Shown here piece by piece: positions 8,736-20,997 of a DNA stretch of 64,000 nucleotides. The notes beneath the pieces were generated by a model, which saw only the letters and a list, made by a program, of their open reading frames with translations, did no database searches and was not told where the DNA came from. Every line of letters starts with the position of its first letter. Position 1 is the stretch's first letter. This stretch comes from Gammaproteobacteria bacterium (GTDB lineage: Bacteria > Pseudomonadota > Gammaproteobacteria > Steroidobacterales > Rariloculaceae). The DNA is taken from contig DASZSB010000110.1 of assembly GCA_035548835.1 (NCBI GenBank), forward strand, positions 3,538 to 67,537, written 5' to 3'. The position numbers were made by a program, and so were the translations under genes.

Positions 8736-8794
8736 CGTGGATCGGCCGGAGGGCGCAGTGCAGTCGTCGTCCCGAGCGGCCGTGGAGAATCTCG

Positions 8795-9373
8795 TTGGAA
8801 TCCCTCCTGGTCCCGATCGGAGTGGTCGCGCTCGCCGAGGTCGGTGACAAGACGCAGCTGCTCGCATTCATTCTCGCGGCGCGGTTCAAGAAGCCCCTTC
8901 CCATCATCGGGGGCATCCTGTGCGCCACGCTCGTCAACCACGCGCTCGCGGGTGCGCTTGGCGCCTGGATCACGACCGTCGTGAGGCCGGAGATCCTGCG
9001 CTGGGTGCTGGGGCTGTCGTTCATCGGCATGGCCGTGTGGACCATGATTCCCGACGAGATCGAGCAGGAGGAGACGAGAATCGCAGGCAAGCTCGGCGTC
9101 TTCGGCGCCACGCTGATCACGTTCTTCTTCGCGGAGATGGGCGACAAGACCCAGCTCGCGACCGTTGCGATGTCGGCACACTACGGTACGCCGCTGCTGG
9201 TCGTGGCCGGGACGACGATCGGCATGCTGGTCGCCGACGTTCCGGCGGTGGTGGTCGGTGACAAGCTGGCCTCGCGGCTCCCCATGAAGCTGGTCCACGC
9301 GATCGCGGCCGCGATTTTTCTCGCGCTCGGCGTCGCGACGTTGCTGGGCGCGGGCGCCCGGTTCGGCGTGTGA
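8795..9373 (+). CDS. TMEM165/GDT1 (UPF0016) family cation (Mn2+/Ca2+) transporter
   Basis: TTG start, 192 aa. Both signature E-x-G-D-K-T motifs are present (AEVGDKTQ and AEMGDKTQ) in a 6-TM layout. Confidence 0.88.
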   Translation: MESLLVPIGVVALAEVGDKTQLLAFILAARFKKPLPIIGGILCATLVNHALAGALGAWITTVVRPEILRWVLGLSFIGMAVWTMIPDEIEQEETRIAGKLGVFGATLITFFFAEMGDKTQLATVAMSAHYGTPLLVVAGTTIGMLVADVPAVVVGDKLASRLPMKLVHAIAAAIFLALGVATLLGAGARFGV

Positions 9374-9379
9374 CACGGT

Positions 9380-9418
9380 CCGCCGGTCGGCCTCGGCCTT
9401 GCGGCCGCTGACCGGCGG
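9380..9418. terminator. hairpin between convergent genes (likely bidirectional terminator)
   Basis: CCGCCGGTC (9380-9388) pairs with GACCGGCGG (9410-9418), a 9-bp perfect stem with an inner GGCC...GGCC pairing. It lies between the GDT1 stop and the DUF2333 stop. Confidence 0.5.
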
Positions 9419-9444
9419 TATCGCCCGCGGGCGCGGTGTCGCGG

Positions 9445-10515
9445 CTAGCCTTGCTCGAGCAGGCTGCGCAGATCCGCGATCGCCGAGTGCGCGCGCGAGA
9501 GGTACGAGGCCAGCACGAGCGAGTGGTTCGGGAACAGGCCGTAGCCCTGGCCGTTCAGGATCATCGGGCTCCTGATCGGCGCGAGTCCCTCCTCGAGCTC
9601 GCGGATCACCTGCCGCAGGCTCACCACGGCGTTCTTGTCCTCGAGCGTGCGCTCGAAGTCGAACTGGGCGGCGCGCAGGAACAGCAGCAGCGCCCAGGCC
9701 GTGCCGCGCGCCTCGTAGAACACGTCGTCGATCTCGAGCCACGGCGTCTTCACGATCACGTCCGCGGACCCCTGGCTCGAGGCCTCGCCGGCAGGCGCGC
9801 CGCCGAGATCGGTGTTCACACGAACCTGGCCCACGCTGGCCGAGAGCCGCTGCGAGAGGTTGCCTAGCCGCAGCTCGACCACGGCGAGCCACTCGCGCAG
9901 GTTGTCGGCGCGCGCGAAGAACTGCGCGTTGCCCGGAGTGTCGTCGGTCAGCCGGTCGCGGTAGCGGCGCAGCGCCGCCGCGGCTTCGCGGTATTTCGTT
10001 TCGGCCGGCGGCAGCAGCCAGCTCGTGTTGTCCGTGTTCAGTGCCGGCTCGGCGATCGCGAGATCGTCGTCCTCAATCGATTGCGACTGCGAGCGGCTGT
10101 AGTAATTGCGCAGCACGCGCGCGAGGTCGCGGCACTGTGTCAGCACGCCGAACTCGAAGCTCGGCATGTTGTCGAGCCACACGCCGGGCGGCAGCACGTC
10201 GTTGCTGAGGTACCCGCCGGGCTTGTCGAGCATCCAGTCGATGACGTCGATCAGCGTGTTGACGGTGGAGTAGCCGACGACGGCGCGATGACCCTCGGGC
10301 GTCTCGCGCACGACCCAGAGGATGCCGGGCTCGCGCGACCAGTAGAACCCGAGCGCCCAGAAGCCCGCGGCGATCACCAGCACCACGGCGAGCAGCAGGC
10401 GCCAGCGACGGCGCCGGCGCGGCGGAGCAGGGAGCGGCGTCGCAGCCGCCGCTGCGTCAGGCTCCGTCGGCGCGTCGGCGCGACGACGGAGCCAGGCAGG
10501 CAGCGGCAGCTTCAT
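9445..10515 (-). CDS. DUF2333-like membrane-anchored protein
   Basis: 356 aa with a single N-terminal TM helix (WRLLLAVVLVIAAGFWALGFYW). The conserved-looking DKPGGYLSNDV.PPG..LDNMP.FE.GVL region matches my memory of DUF2333. Confidence 0.6.
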   Translation of the reverse strand: MKLPLPAWLRRRADAPTEPDAAAAATPLPAPPRRRRRWRLLLAVVLVIAAGFWALGFYWSREPGILWVVRETPEGHRAVVGYSTVNTLIDVIDWMLDKPGGYLSNDVLPPGVWLDNMPSFEFGVLTQCRDLARVLRNYYSRSQSQSIEDDDLAIAEPALNTDNTSWLLPPAETKYREAAAALRRYRDRLTDDTPGNAQFFARADNLREWLAVVELRLGNLSQRLSASVGQVRVNTDLGGAPAGEASSQGSADVIVKTPWLEIDDVFYEARGTAWALLLFLRAAQFDFERTLEDKNAVVSLRQVIRELEEGLAPIRSPMILNGQGYGLFPNHSLVLASYLSRAHSAIADLRSLLEQG

Positions 10516-10524
10516 CGATCCGCG

Positions 10525-13182
<2,658 letters not shown>

Positions 13183-13221
13183 TGGGGCCTCGGGTGTGGC
13201 GATGGAAACCGCCGCGATTAT

Positions 13222-13227
13222 AAGCGG
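13222..13227 (-). promoter_or_regulatory. possible -10 element (TATAAT on the minus strand) for acnA
   Basis: The plus-strand attata at 13222-13227 is TATAAT on the minus strand, 40 nt upstream of the acnA ATG. It is preceded by a GC hairpin just after the mnmA stop. No convincing -35 element. Confidence 0.3.
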
Positions 13228-13258
13228 GAAGCGCGCGAATGCGCGCGGTACTCGCGTC

Positions 13259-14368
13259 TCAGCCCGTCGCGCGCAACTCGTCGGTGCGCCGCCCGCAGGT
13301 CTCGATGGTTGCGCCGCCGAGACAGCGTTCGCCGTCGTAGAACACGACGAACTGGCCCGGCGTGGGTGTCCGCTGCGGCTGGTCGAAACCGACGTCGAGC
13401 GTGCCATCGGCACGCAGGACGACGGTGCAGGTCTGATCGGGCTGGCGATAACGGATCTTCGCGCGGCAGCGCCACGTTGCGCCGTGCGGCGGTGCGCCGA
13501 TCCAGTGGGGCGCCGCGGCCGTGAGCCGGTCCGCGTACAGCAGCGGGTGATTCCGGCCCTGCACGACCGTCAGCTCGTTGCGCGTGGCGTCCTTTGCGGC
13601 CACGTACCACGGCGCGTCTTGCGCGTCGGCCGAGCCGCCGATCTCGAGACCATGCCGCTGCCCAAGCGTGTAGTACGCAAGACCCTGGTGGCGGCCGCGT
13701 TCCCGGCCGCGGTCGTCGCGGATCACGCCGGGCGTGGCGGGCAGGTAGGCGCGCAGGAATTCGGCGAACGGCCGCTCACCGATGAAGCAGATGCCCGTGC
13801 TGTCCTTCTTTTCCGCGACCGGCAGACCCGCGCGGCGTGCGAGCTCGCGAACCTCTGACTTCAGCAGGTCGCCGAGCGGAAACACCACGTCGGCGAGGTC
13901 CGCGGCTTCCACGGCGTGCAGGAAGTAGCTCTGGTCCTTGCCGGGGTCGCGGGCCTTCAGCAGCTGGGGTACGCCGTCGACGACCCGCAGCCGTGCGTAG
14001 TGGCCCGTGGCGATCCGCGCCGCACCGAGGCGCCTGGCGTACCGGCGCATGACGCCGAACTTGATGTGACGGTTGCACAGCACGTCGGGATTCGGCGTGC
14101 GACCCTTGCGGTGCTCGGCCAGGAACTCGGCGAACACCTGCTCGCGGTACTCGCGCGCGAAGTTCACGCGGTGCAGCGGCAGGCCGAGCTGCCGGCACAC
14201 GGCGCGCGCATCGTGGAACTCGCGCGCGTTGTCGCAATAGCCGTCGTCCTCCCAGTTGCTCATGTGCAGGCACTGGACCTCGTGCCCGGCGTCACGCAAC
14301 AACAGCGCGGCCACGGCGGAGTCGACTCCACCGGACAGGGCGACCAGGATCGGGGGCTTGCTCGGCAT
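13259..14368 (-). CDS. mnmA: tRNA 2-thiouridine(34) synthase MnmA
   Basis: 369 aa with a PP-loop ([13 protein letters not shown]). The MSNWEDD, CN..IKF and FLH motifs are typical of MnmA/TrmU. Confidence 0.94.
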   Translation of the reverse strand: MPSKPPILVALSGGVDSAVAALLLRDAGHEVQCLHMSNWEDDGYCDNAREFHDARAVCRQLGLPLHRVNFAREYREQVFAEFLAEHRKGRTPNPDVLCNRHIKFGVMRRYARRLGAARIATGHYARLRVVDGVPQLLKARDPGKDQSYFLHAVEAADLADVVFPLGDLLKSEVRELARRAGLPVAEKKDSTGICFIGERPFAEFLRAYLPATPGVIRDDRGRERGRHQGLAYYTLGQRHGLEIGGSADAQDAPWYVAAKDATRNELTVVQGRNHPLLYADRLTAAAPHWIGAPPHGATWRCRAKIRYRQPDQTCTVVLRADGTLDVGFDQPQRTPTPGQFVVFYDGERCLGGATIETCGRRTDELRATG

Positions 14369-14403
14369 GCTGCGATTCTAGCAGCCGAGACCTGCGACTC
14401 GCG

Positions 14404-14880
14404 TCAGGCGTGCGCAGCCTGTGCGAGCGTCTCCGGCGCAAGATACGTCAGACAGTCGAGCGGGTAGCGGCGGCCCGCGAGGTAGTCGTCGAGGCAGCGC
14501 ATGACCATCGGGCTGCGCAGCTGCGCGCTGCGTTGCAGCAGTTGGCGGCGCGACAGCCAGTGCGTGCCGACGATGCCGTCGTCGAGCTGCACGGGCCCCG
14601 GCGGTGCTTCGGCGCTGCCGCAGAACGCGACCCGGAGGTAGGTGGTGCCCGCCGTCTCGCTGCGCCACAGATAGAGCCCGACGACGTGCGTCGGCGTGAA
14701 CCGGTATCCCGTTTCCTCCAGCGCCTCGCGAGCCACGGCGGTGATCAGCGATTCGCCCTGCTCGAGGTGTCCCGCGGGCTGGTTCAGCACCAGCCTGCCG
14801 GCGACGCGTTCCTCGACCAGCAGAAAACGCCCGTCCCGCTCGATGACGGCGGCTACCGTGACGTCGACGTCTTGAGCCAT
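14404..14880 (-). CDS. NUDIX hydrolase
   Basis: The ATG at 14880 gives MAQDVDVTVAAVIERDGRFLLVEE.... Nudix box: GHLEQGESLITAVAREALEETG. The order purB-x-nudix-mnmA resembles the enterobacterial purB-hflD-mnmA-nudJ region. Confidence 0.85.
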   Translation of the reverse strand: MAQDVDVTVAAVIERDGRFLLVEERVAGRLVLNQPAGHLEQGESLITAVAREALEETGYRFTPTHVVGLYLWRSETAGTTYLRVAFCGSAEAPPGPVQLDDGIVGTHWLSRRQLLQRSAQLRSPMVMRCLDDYLAGRRYPLDCLTYLAPETLAQAAHA

Positions 14881-14888
14881 GGGGACGA

Positions 14889-15398
14889 TTATATTTGAAG
14901 CCTGCGCAATTCCGGCTCGATCTCGCAGGCGTTCCACAGTGTTTCGAACCTGCTGAGGTAGATCCGCGCCACGGCCGGCTCGTACGTGTCGGACATGCCT
15001 TCCCAGCGCTCGGCGTGCGGCCGATAGACCAGGGCATGCTCGTCGGCGATGCAGAACGCCTCGGGATGGGACTCGTGGTCGTTCTTGGCGCTGCGGAACT
15101 CGATGTAGCTGTTGAGCCGGCGGCCCATGTTCACGAACCGGCTCGAGGTCGTGATGACCCGTGTCGGATCCACGACCAGCACGCGCACGCGCGCGAAGCT
15201 GCGGGCCAGGATGAAGCGCTTCAGCGTCTCCAGAAACTCGTCGTGATCGTAGATCGCGGGCTCGAGATCGTGCGTGAAGATCGACAGCGTGCGGTTTGCG
15301 AGACTCGTGACCTCGAAGACCGCGGCGCGCACCTCTTCGAGGCTCGACAGGACTTGCCGGACGCCTCGGGTCTTTTTCTGCTCACTCGGCGCTGCCAT
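14889..15398 (-). CDS. conserved hypothetical protein (family not recognised)
   Basis: Good GC3 coding signal from the ATG at 15398 (169 aa). The ORF-track GTG start at 15482 adds 28 codons with low GC3 (tta agt aaa ctg act), so I prefer the ATG. No motif recognised, and it is not HflD-like. Confidence 0.55.
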   Translation of the reverse strand: MAAPSEQKKTRGVRQVLSSLEEVRAAVFEVTSLANRTLSIFTHDLEPAIYDHDEFLETLKRFILARSFARVRVLVVDPTRVITTSSRFVNMGRRLNSYIEFRSAKNDHESHPEAFCIADEHALVYRPHAERWEGMSDTYEPAVARIYLSRFETLWNACEIEPELRRLQI

Positions 15399-15495
15399 GG
15401 AGGGTTGGTTCTCTGACTTCCGAGTCAGTTTACTTAACGGCGGCCGCACGGCTGTGCCGCCGGTCACGGTTTTCGCGGGCACGCACCGGACGCGG

Positions 15496-16887
15496 CTAGA
15501 TCTGGCGGGCCAGCCTCGCGGCCAGGCCGGTGTACGTCGCGGGCTCGAGCGCCAGGAGTCGCGCGCGAACGTCCGCGGGCAGGTCGAGCCTGCCGATGAA
15601 CTCGCGCAGCGTCGCGGCGTCGATGGCCCGGCCGCGCGTGAGGTCTTTCAGCTGCTCGTAGGCGTCGGCCTGGCCGTAGCGGCGCATGACTGTCTGAACG
15701 GCTTCGGCCAGCACTTCCCAGCGGTCGTTCAGCTCCGCCGCCATCAGCTTCGGGTCGGCGTCGAGCTTGGCGAGGCCCCTCTGGGCCGCGTCGAGCGCGA
15801 TCAGCGTGTGGCCCAGCGCCACCCCACAGTTGCGCAGCACGGTCGAGTCCGTCAGGTCGCGCTGCCAGCGGGAGATCGGCAGCTTGTTCGCGAGGAAACC
15901 CAGCAGCTCGTTCGCGACGCCTAGATTGCCCTCGGCGTTCTCGAAGTCGATCGGGTTGACCTTGTGAGGCATCGTCGAGGAGCCGACCTCGCCCGCGACC
16001 GGGCGCGAGCGGAAGTAGCCGAGGCTGATGTAGCCCCAGAAGTCACGGGCGAGATCGATCAGCACGGTATTGAAGCGCGACAGCGCCTGGCAGTACTCCG
16101 CGATCCAGTCGTGGGGCTCGATCTGCGTGGTGTAGTGGTTGGGCTCGATGCCGAGTGAATCGAGAAACCGGTCGCTGATGGCCGGCCAATCGGCTTCGGG
16201 GTAGGCGACCGCGTGCGCGTTGAAGTTGCCGACGGCGCCGTTGAGCTTGCCGCAGATGCGCACGCCCGCGAACAGCTCGGCCTGGCGCTCCAGGCGGTGG
16301 ACGAAGTTCGCGATCTCCTTGCCGAGCGTCGTCGGAGTCGCGGGCTGACCATGCGTGCGCGCGAGCATCGGCACGTCGGCGAAGCGGTGCGCCAGCGTGC
16401 GCAGGTCGATGATCAATTGCTTCATCAGCGGCAGGAGAACGCGCTGCCGCGAGTCACGCAGCATCAGCGCATACGCGAGGTTGTTGATGTCTTCCGACGT
16501 GCACGCGAAGTGGATGAACGCGGCGAAGTTGCCGCTCGCGCCCGGCACGCCTTCGAGCTTCTGCCGCAGCAGGTATTCGACGGCCTTGACGTCGTGATTG
16601 GTCCTGGCTTCGAGCTCCTTGACCCGCTGCGCGTCGTCGACGCTGAACTCGTCGACGATGGCGTTCAGCACGTCCTTCACGGGCGATTCGAGCGGTGCGA
16701 ACTCGCGAATGACCGGCTCGTCCGCGAGGCGCTGCAGCCAGCGGACCTCGATCAGCACGCGGTAGCGGATCAGGGCGTACTCGGAGAGGTATTCGCGAAG
16801 CGGCGCAGTCTTGCGCGCGTAGCGTCCGTCGAGAGGCGAGAGTGCGAGGAGCGTCGAGGAGTCCACCGGACGGTGAAGCCTATACAA
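15496..16887 (-). CDS. purB: adenylosuccinate lyase
   Basis: The N-terminus ...LSPLDGRYA..T..LR...SEYALIRYRV.IEVRWLQ.LA and the SSTMPHKVNP signature are present. The start is either TTG at 16887 or GTG at 16866; the latter matches E. coli PurB length. Confidence 0.94.
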   Translation of the reverse strand: MYRLHRPVDSSTLLALSPLDGRYARKTAPLREYLSEYALIRYRVLIEVRWLQRLADEPVIREFAPLESPVKDVLNAIVDEFSVDDAQRVKELEARTNHDVKAVEYLLRQKLEGVPGASGNFAAFIHFACTSEDINNLAYALMLRDSRQRVLLPLMKQLIIDLRTLAHRFADVPMLARTHGQPATPTTLGKEIANFVHRLERQAELFAGVRICGKLNGAVGNFNAHAVAYPEADWPAISDRFLDSLGIEPNHYTTQIEPHDWIAEYCQALSRFNTVLIDLARDFWGYISLGYFRSRPVAGEVGSSTMPHKVNPIDFENAEGNLGVANELLGFLANKLPISRWQRDLTDSTVLRNCGVALGHTLIALDAAQRGLAKLDADPKLMAAELNDRWEVLAEAVQTVMRRYGQADAYEQLKDLTRGRAIDAATLREFIGRLDLPADVRARLLALEPATYTGLAARLARQI

Positions 16888-16954
16888 GCGATTTCGGAGT
16901 GCGCATCATAAACGAATCCTTACCGTGCGGATTCTTTTTTGCCGAGGAGCATGT

Positions 16955-18361
16955 ATGACGGCCGAGTTTCGAGTCGAACGCGACAGCATGGGCGAGCTCA
17001 AGGTGCCCGCGAACGCGTTGTGGGGTGCGCAGACGCAGCGCGCGGTCAACAACTTCCCGATCAGCGGCATGCCGATGCCGCCCGCGTTCCTGCGTGCGCT
17101 CGGTCTCGTGAAGTGGGCCGCCGCCGAGGCCAATAAAGGACTCAAGCTGCTGCCGGCGCCGGTCGCCAGGGCCATTCAGGGCGTGGCGCTCGAGATCGCG
17201 GCGGGCCGGCACCTCGACCAGTTCCCCATCGACGTGTTCCAGACGGGCTCCGGCACGAGCTCGAACATGAACGCCAACGAGGTCATCGCGAAGCTCGCGT
17301 CGCGGTCGCTCGGCAAGCCGGTGCACGCCAACGACCACGTCAACATGTGCCAGAGCAGCAACGACGTGATTCCTTCCACGATCCACGTCAGCGCGTCGAT
17401 CGAGATCAGCGAGAAGCTGCTGCCGGCGCTCGAGCACCTCAAGAAGACCATCGACAAGAAGGCGAAGAGCGTGGCCGGTGTCGTGAAGACGGGCCGCACG
17501 CACCTGATGGACGCGATGCCGGTGCGGCTCGATCAGGAGCTCGGCGGCTGGTCGGCGCAGATCAACAGCAACATCTACAGGCTCAAGGGCTCGCTGCCGC
17601 GCCTGACGGGTCTCACGCAGGGCGGCACGGCCGTCGGCACGGGCATCAACGCCCATCCGGAGTTCTCGGCGAAGTTCTGTGCCGCGCTCGCGAAACGGAC
17701 CGGCATCGGCTTCCATCCGCTCGACAATTTCTTCGAGGCTATGAGCTCGCAGGACACGGCCGTCGAGGTCTCGGGGCAGCTCAAGACCACGGCTGTGAGC
17801 CTCATGAAGATCGCGAACGACCTGCGCTGGATGAACAGCGGTCCGCTGGCCGGTCTCGCGGAGATCGCGCTGCCCGCGCTGCAGCCGGGCAGCAGCATCA
17901 TGCCGGGCAAGGTGAACCCCGTGATCCCGGAGGCCGTGGCCATGGTCGCGGCGCAGGTCATCGGCAACGACGCGGCGATCACCGTCGCGGGCCAGTCCGG
18001 CAACTTCCAGCTGAACGTCATGCTGCCCGTCGTCGCGCTGAACCTGCTGCAGAGCATCGAGATCCTGGCCAACGCGGCGCGCGTGCTCGCGGACTCCGCG
18101 ATCGCGGGCTTCACGGTCAACCAGGCACGGCTCGACGACGCGCTCGAGCGCAATCCGATCCTCGTGACGGCGCTGAATCCGGTCATCGGCTACGAGAAGG
18201 GCGCAGCGATCGCGAAGCAGGCTTACAAGGAAGGCCGCGCGATCCGCGAGGTCGCCGCCGAGGAGACCGATCTCGGCGACGCGGAACTCAAGAAGCTGCT
18301 CGATCCGCTCGAGCTGACCCAAGGCGGCATCAAGGGCGAGGCGGGCGGCGGAGGCGGCTGA
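16955..18361 (+). CDS. fumC: class II fumarate hydratase
   Basis: The ATG at 16955 follows GAGGAG and gives MTAEFRVERDSMGELKVP. The GSSIMPGKVNP signature is present. Confidence 0.95.
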   Translation: MTAEFRVERDSMGELKVPANALWGAQTQRAVNNFPISGMPMPPAFLRALGLVKWAAAEANKGLKLLPAPVARAIQGVALEIAAGRHLDQFPIDVFQTGSGTSSNMNANEVIAKLASRSLGKPVHANDHVNMCQSSNDVIPSTIHVSASIEISEKLLPALEHLKKTIDKKAKSVAGVVKTGRTHLMDAMPVRLDQELGGWSAQINSNIYRLKGSLPRLTGLTQGGTAVGTGINAHPEFSAKFCAALAKRTGIGFHPLDNFFEAMSSQDTAVEVSGQLKTTAVSLMKIANDLRWMNSGPLAGLAEIALPALQPGSSIMPGKVNPVIPEAVAMVAAQVIGNDAAITVAGQSGNFQLNVMLPVVALNLLQSIEILANAARVLADSAIAGFTVNQARLDDALERNPILVTALNPVIGYEKGAAIAKQAYKEGRAIREVAAEETDLGDAELKKLLDPLELTQGGIKGEAGGGGG

Positions 18362-18385
18362 GCACGGTCGCCGCGTCAGGGAGCG

Positions 18386-19030
18386 ATGAGCGGAACGCCG
18401 AGCCTCGACACCATTCGCAGCCGCGTCGCCCTGCCGCGCGCGCCGGTCGATCCGCGCGCGCGCATCCTCGCGAGCATCGAGGGGCGAATCCCGCCGGACC
18501 TGCTCGCGCTCGTCGACCGGCCGAGCCGCGCGGCGTCCGTGCTGCTCACGCTCGTGGAGCGCGCGGCCGGCCTCACGGTGCTGTTCACGGAGCGTGCCGC
18601 GCACCTCAAGGATCATGCCGGCCAGATCAGTTTCCCCGGCGGCCGGATCGGAGCCGGCGAGAGCGCGGTCGATGCGGCGCTGCGCGAGACGCGTGAGGAG
18701 ATAGGCCTGCCGCCGGCGGACGTCGAGGTGCTGGGCGTGCTCGACGAGTTCCTGACGGGAACGGGTTTCCTGATCAGGCCGGTCGTCGGCTACGTGCGAC
18801 GCGGCACGTTCGTCCCCACGCCGGACCCCGCCGAGGTGGCGGCCGTGTTCGAGGTGCCGCTCGACCTGATCCTCGATCCCGCCAGCATGACGGCCAGCTA
18901 CCGCGAGCGGCTCGGCGCGCGCTTTCTGACCTACGAGATCCACCACGCCGGCTACCGCATCTGGGGCGCGACCGCGGCCATCCTCGTGAACTTCAGGGAC
19001 GTCATTTCCAATGACCAGCCAGTCAGATAG
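18386..19030 (+). CDS. CoA pyrophosphatase-type NUDIX hydrolase (NudL-like)
   Basis: The segment HLKDHAGQISFPGGRIGAGESAVDAALRETREEIGL combines the NuCoA motif context with a Nudix box. Confidence 0.8.
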   Translation: MSGTPSLDTIRSRVALPRAPVDPRARILASIEGRIPPDLLALVDRPSRAASVLLTLVERAAGLTVLFTERAAHLKDHAGQISFPGGRIGAGESAVDAALRETREEIGLPPADVEVLGVLDEFLTGTGFLIRPVVGYVRRGTFVPTPDPAEVAAVFEVPLDLILDPASMTASYRERLGARFLTYEIHHAGYRIWGATAAILVNFRDVISNDQPVR

Positions 19031-19808
19031 AAAGTCCATCGAGAATCTGCTCGAGATCATGGCGACGCTGCGTGACCCCGCACGCGGCTGCCCGTGGGAT
19101 CGCGAGCAGACCTTCGCGACGATCGCCCCCTACACCATCGAGGAGGCGTACGAAGTCGCGGACGCCATAGAGCGCCAGGCGACGGACGAGCTCAGAAGCG
19201 AGCTCGGGGATCTGTTGTTCCAGGTCGTCTTCCTGAGCCGGCTCGCGCAGGAAGCGGGCCTGTTCGACTTCGACGCCGTGGCGGCCGACATCGCCGGCAA
19301 GCTGATCCGGCGTCACCCGCACGTATTCGGCGGCGCCGAGGTCCGGGACAGCGCGGAGCAGACGCGGCTCTGGGAAGACATCAAACGGCAGGAGCGGGCG
19401 GCGGCGGGCGCCTCGGGTCTGCTCGACGACGTGCCGGCGAACCTGCCGGGACTCAGCCGTGCCGTGAAGCTCGGCAGGCGCGCCGCGTCCGTGGGCTTCG
19501 ACTGGCCCGACGTCGGGGGCGTCCGGGCCAAGGTTGCGGAAGAGCTCGCCGAGGTCGACGCGGCCGTCGCGGGTGGCGAAGCCGCCGAGATCGCTGCCGA
19601 GATGGGCGATCTGCTGTTCTCGATCGCGAACTGGTGCCGGCACCTCGGCCTCGATCCCGACGCGTGCGCGCGCGGCGCGAACGAGCGCTTCGCGCGCCGC
19701 TTCCGGGCCGTCGAGGCCGCGGTCGCCGCCAGCGGCCGCGGCTGGGACGGCCACGATGCCGCCGCGCTGGACGTGCTCTGGCGGCGCGCGAAAGCCGGGG
19801 AGGCGTGA
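19011..19808 (+). CDS. mazG: nucleoside triphosphate pyrophosphohydrolase MazG
   Basis: The protein has LL.IMA.LRDP..GCPWD.EQTF.TIAPYT.EEAYEV.DAI and a second EE..E repeat. It overlaps the previous gene by 20 nt. Confidence 0.9.
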   Translation: MTSQSDRKSIENLLEIMATLRDPARGCPWDREQTFATIAPYTIEEAYEVADAIERQATDELRSELGDLLFQVVFLSRLAQEAGLFDFDAVAADIAGKLIRRHPHVFGGAEVRDSAEQTRLWEDIKRQERAAAGASGLLDDVPANLPGLSRAVKLGRRAASVGFDWPDVGGVRAKVAEELAEVDAAVAGGEAAEIAAEMGDLLFSIANWCRHLGLDPDACARGANERFARRFRAVEAAVAASGRGWDGHDAAALDVLWRRAKAGEA

Positions 19809-19906
19809 CGGCGCAACGCCCGCGTACATTCAGGTTCGATTCAGCGCCCGGCCCCTAATCTGCGCTCCAAGGTCCGGACAGGACTGCTCACGGAAGGAGA
19901 GCTGGC

Positions 19907-20482
19907 ATGTGGGTCAAGACGATAACGACGGTTGCGGTCATCGGGCTGTTCGGCACCAGTGTCGCGTTGGCCGATCATGACGACGATCGGGGCTACGGCT
20001 ACCGCCATGGCCACGGCTACGGTCATCGCGGCCCCGACTATGCGTACGGCCGCGTCATCAACGTCGAGCCCATGGTCCGGTACGTGACGGTCGATCGCCC
20101 GCGGCAGGAGTGCTACGACGACTACGCCCGGCAGCCGGCGTTCGGCGTCACCGGCCAGACGATCGCCGGCGGCGTGATCGGTGCCGCGATCGGCCGGCAG
20201 TTTGGCGCCGGCAGCGGCCGCGACCTGGCTACGGCGCTCGGCGCCACGGCCGGTGCCGTCATCGCGAACCAGCGAGCGCAGCGCAACCAGGGTTTTCGCG
20301 ACGTGCCGGTGCAGCGGTGCGAGGTCGCGAACGATCGCTCCACCGAGCAGGTCATCGACGGCTATCTCGTGACCTACGCGTATCAGGGCCGCAGCTACAC
20401 GACGCGTACCGCGACGCCTCCGGGCGATCGGATCGAGCTCGCGGTCGACGTGCGCCCCGTCGGCTATCCGGTGTGGCGGTGA
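19907..20482 (+). CDS. secreted glycine-zipper (Rick_17kDa_Anti-like) protein with a His/Gly/Tyr-rich N-terminal region
   Basis: RBS GGAAGGAG and a signal peptide. Glycine zipper: TIAGGVIGAAIGRQFGAGSGRDLATALGATAGAVIA. After the signal peptide comes HDDDRGYGYRHGHGYGHRG. Confidence 0.7.
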   Translation: MWVKTITTVAVIGLFGTSVALADHDDDRGYGYRHGHGYGHRGPDYAYGRVINVEPMVRYVTVDRPRQECYDDYARQPAFGVTGQTIAGGVIGAAIGRQFGAGSGRDLATALGATAGAVIANQRAQRNQGFRDVPVQRCEVANDRSTEQVIDGYLVTYAYQGRSYTTRTATPPGDRIELAVDVRPVGYPVWR

Positions 20483-20517
20483 GCGTCCGTCGCCACGAGT
20501 GTGCAGTCGCATCGGCA

Positions 20518-20546
20518 GGGCGGGCCGCGGGCCCGCCCGGTTCTTT
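20518..20546 (+). terminator. rho-independent-type terminator hairpin
   Basis: GGGCGGGCC / GGCCCGCCC forms a 9-bp stem with a 3-nt loop, followed by GGTTCTTTCGG. It lies 36 nt after the glycine-zipper gene stop. Confidence 0.55.
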
Positions 20547-20652
20547 CGGTGCGGCGGATCGGCCCGCGACACGCGATCGGTTCCTTGACGCGGACCGACG
20601 GCGGAATCCAAGCTTGACGCAGGATCACCGTCAACCCGGACGGACACCCGCA

Positions 20653-20991
20653 GTGAACGCGACGACGACCCGACCCGCTCGCGCGGGGCGCCCTGTGGCG
20701 CTCGGCGTATTGCTGGCCACCCTGCTCGGCAGCGGCGCCGCCCTGGCGCAGCCGCGCGCGGCGCTGTTGCCTTTCGATGCGGATAGTCCGGTCACGGCGT
20801 TCGCGGCGCAGCGCGGCGGCATCTCGCTGTCGCAGGCCACGGCCATGGCCCTGGCGCGCAACCCCGGGCGCGTCGTGCGTGCGGAGACGGTCCACATGGG
20901 CGACCGCACCGTGCACGAGATCCGCATCCTGGGCAACGACGGGCGCGTGCGCACCGTGCGCATCGACGCCCAGACCGGCTCGTTTCTCTAG
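20653..20991 (+). CDS. PepSY domain-containing periplasmic protein
   Basis: The GTG at 20653 gives a signal peptide (VALGVLLATLLGSGAALAQ). The segment ISLSQATAMALARNPGRVVRAE...HEIRILGNDGRVRTVRIDAQTG fits the PepSY fold pattern. It lies immediately upstream of the RR/HK pair. Confidence 0.7.
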   Translation: MNATTTRPARAGRPVALGVLLATLLGSGAALAQPRAALLPFDADSPVTAFAAQRGGISLSQATAMALARNPGRVVRAETVHMGDRTVHEIRILGNDGRVRTVRIDAQTGSFL

Positions 20992-20997
20992 TCCCCC

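Noticed and set aside
20584-20636. Direct repeat CTTGACGC(G/A)GGA (20584 and 20613) and inverted TTGACG/CGTCAA upstream of the PepSY-RR-HK operon, considered as a response-regulator autoregulation site.
   Set aside because: The 29-nt spacing does not fit OmpR-family tandem half-sites (10-11 nt periodicity). No -10 element follows either TTGACG. The repeat is short enough to arise by chance.
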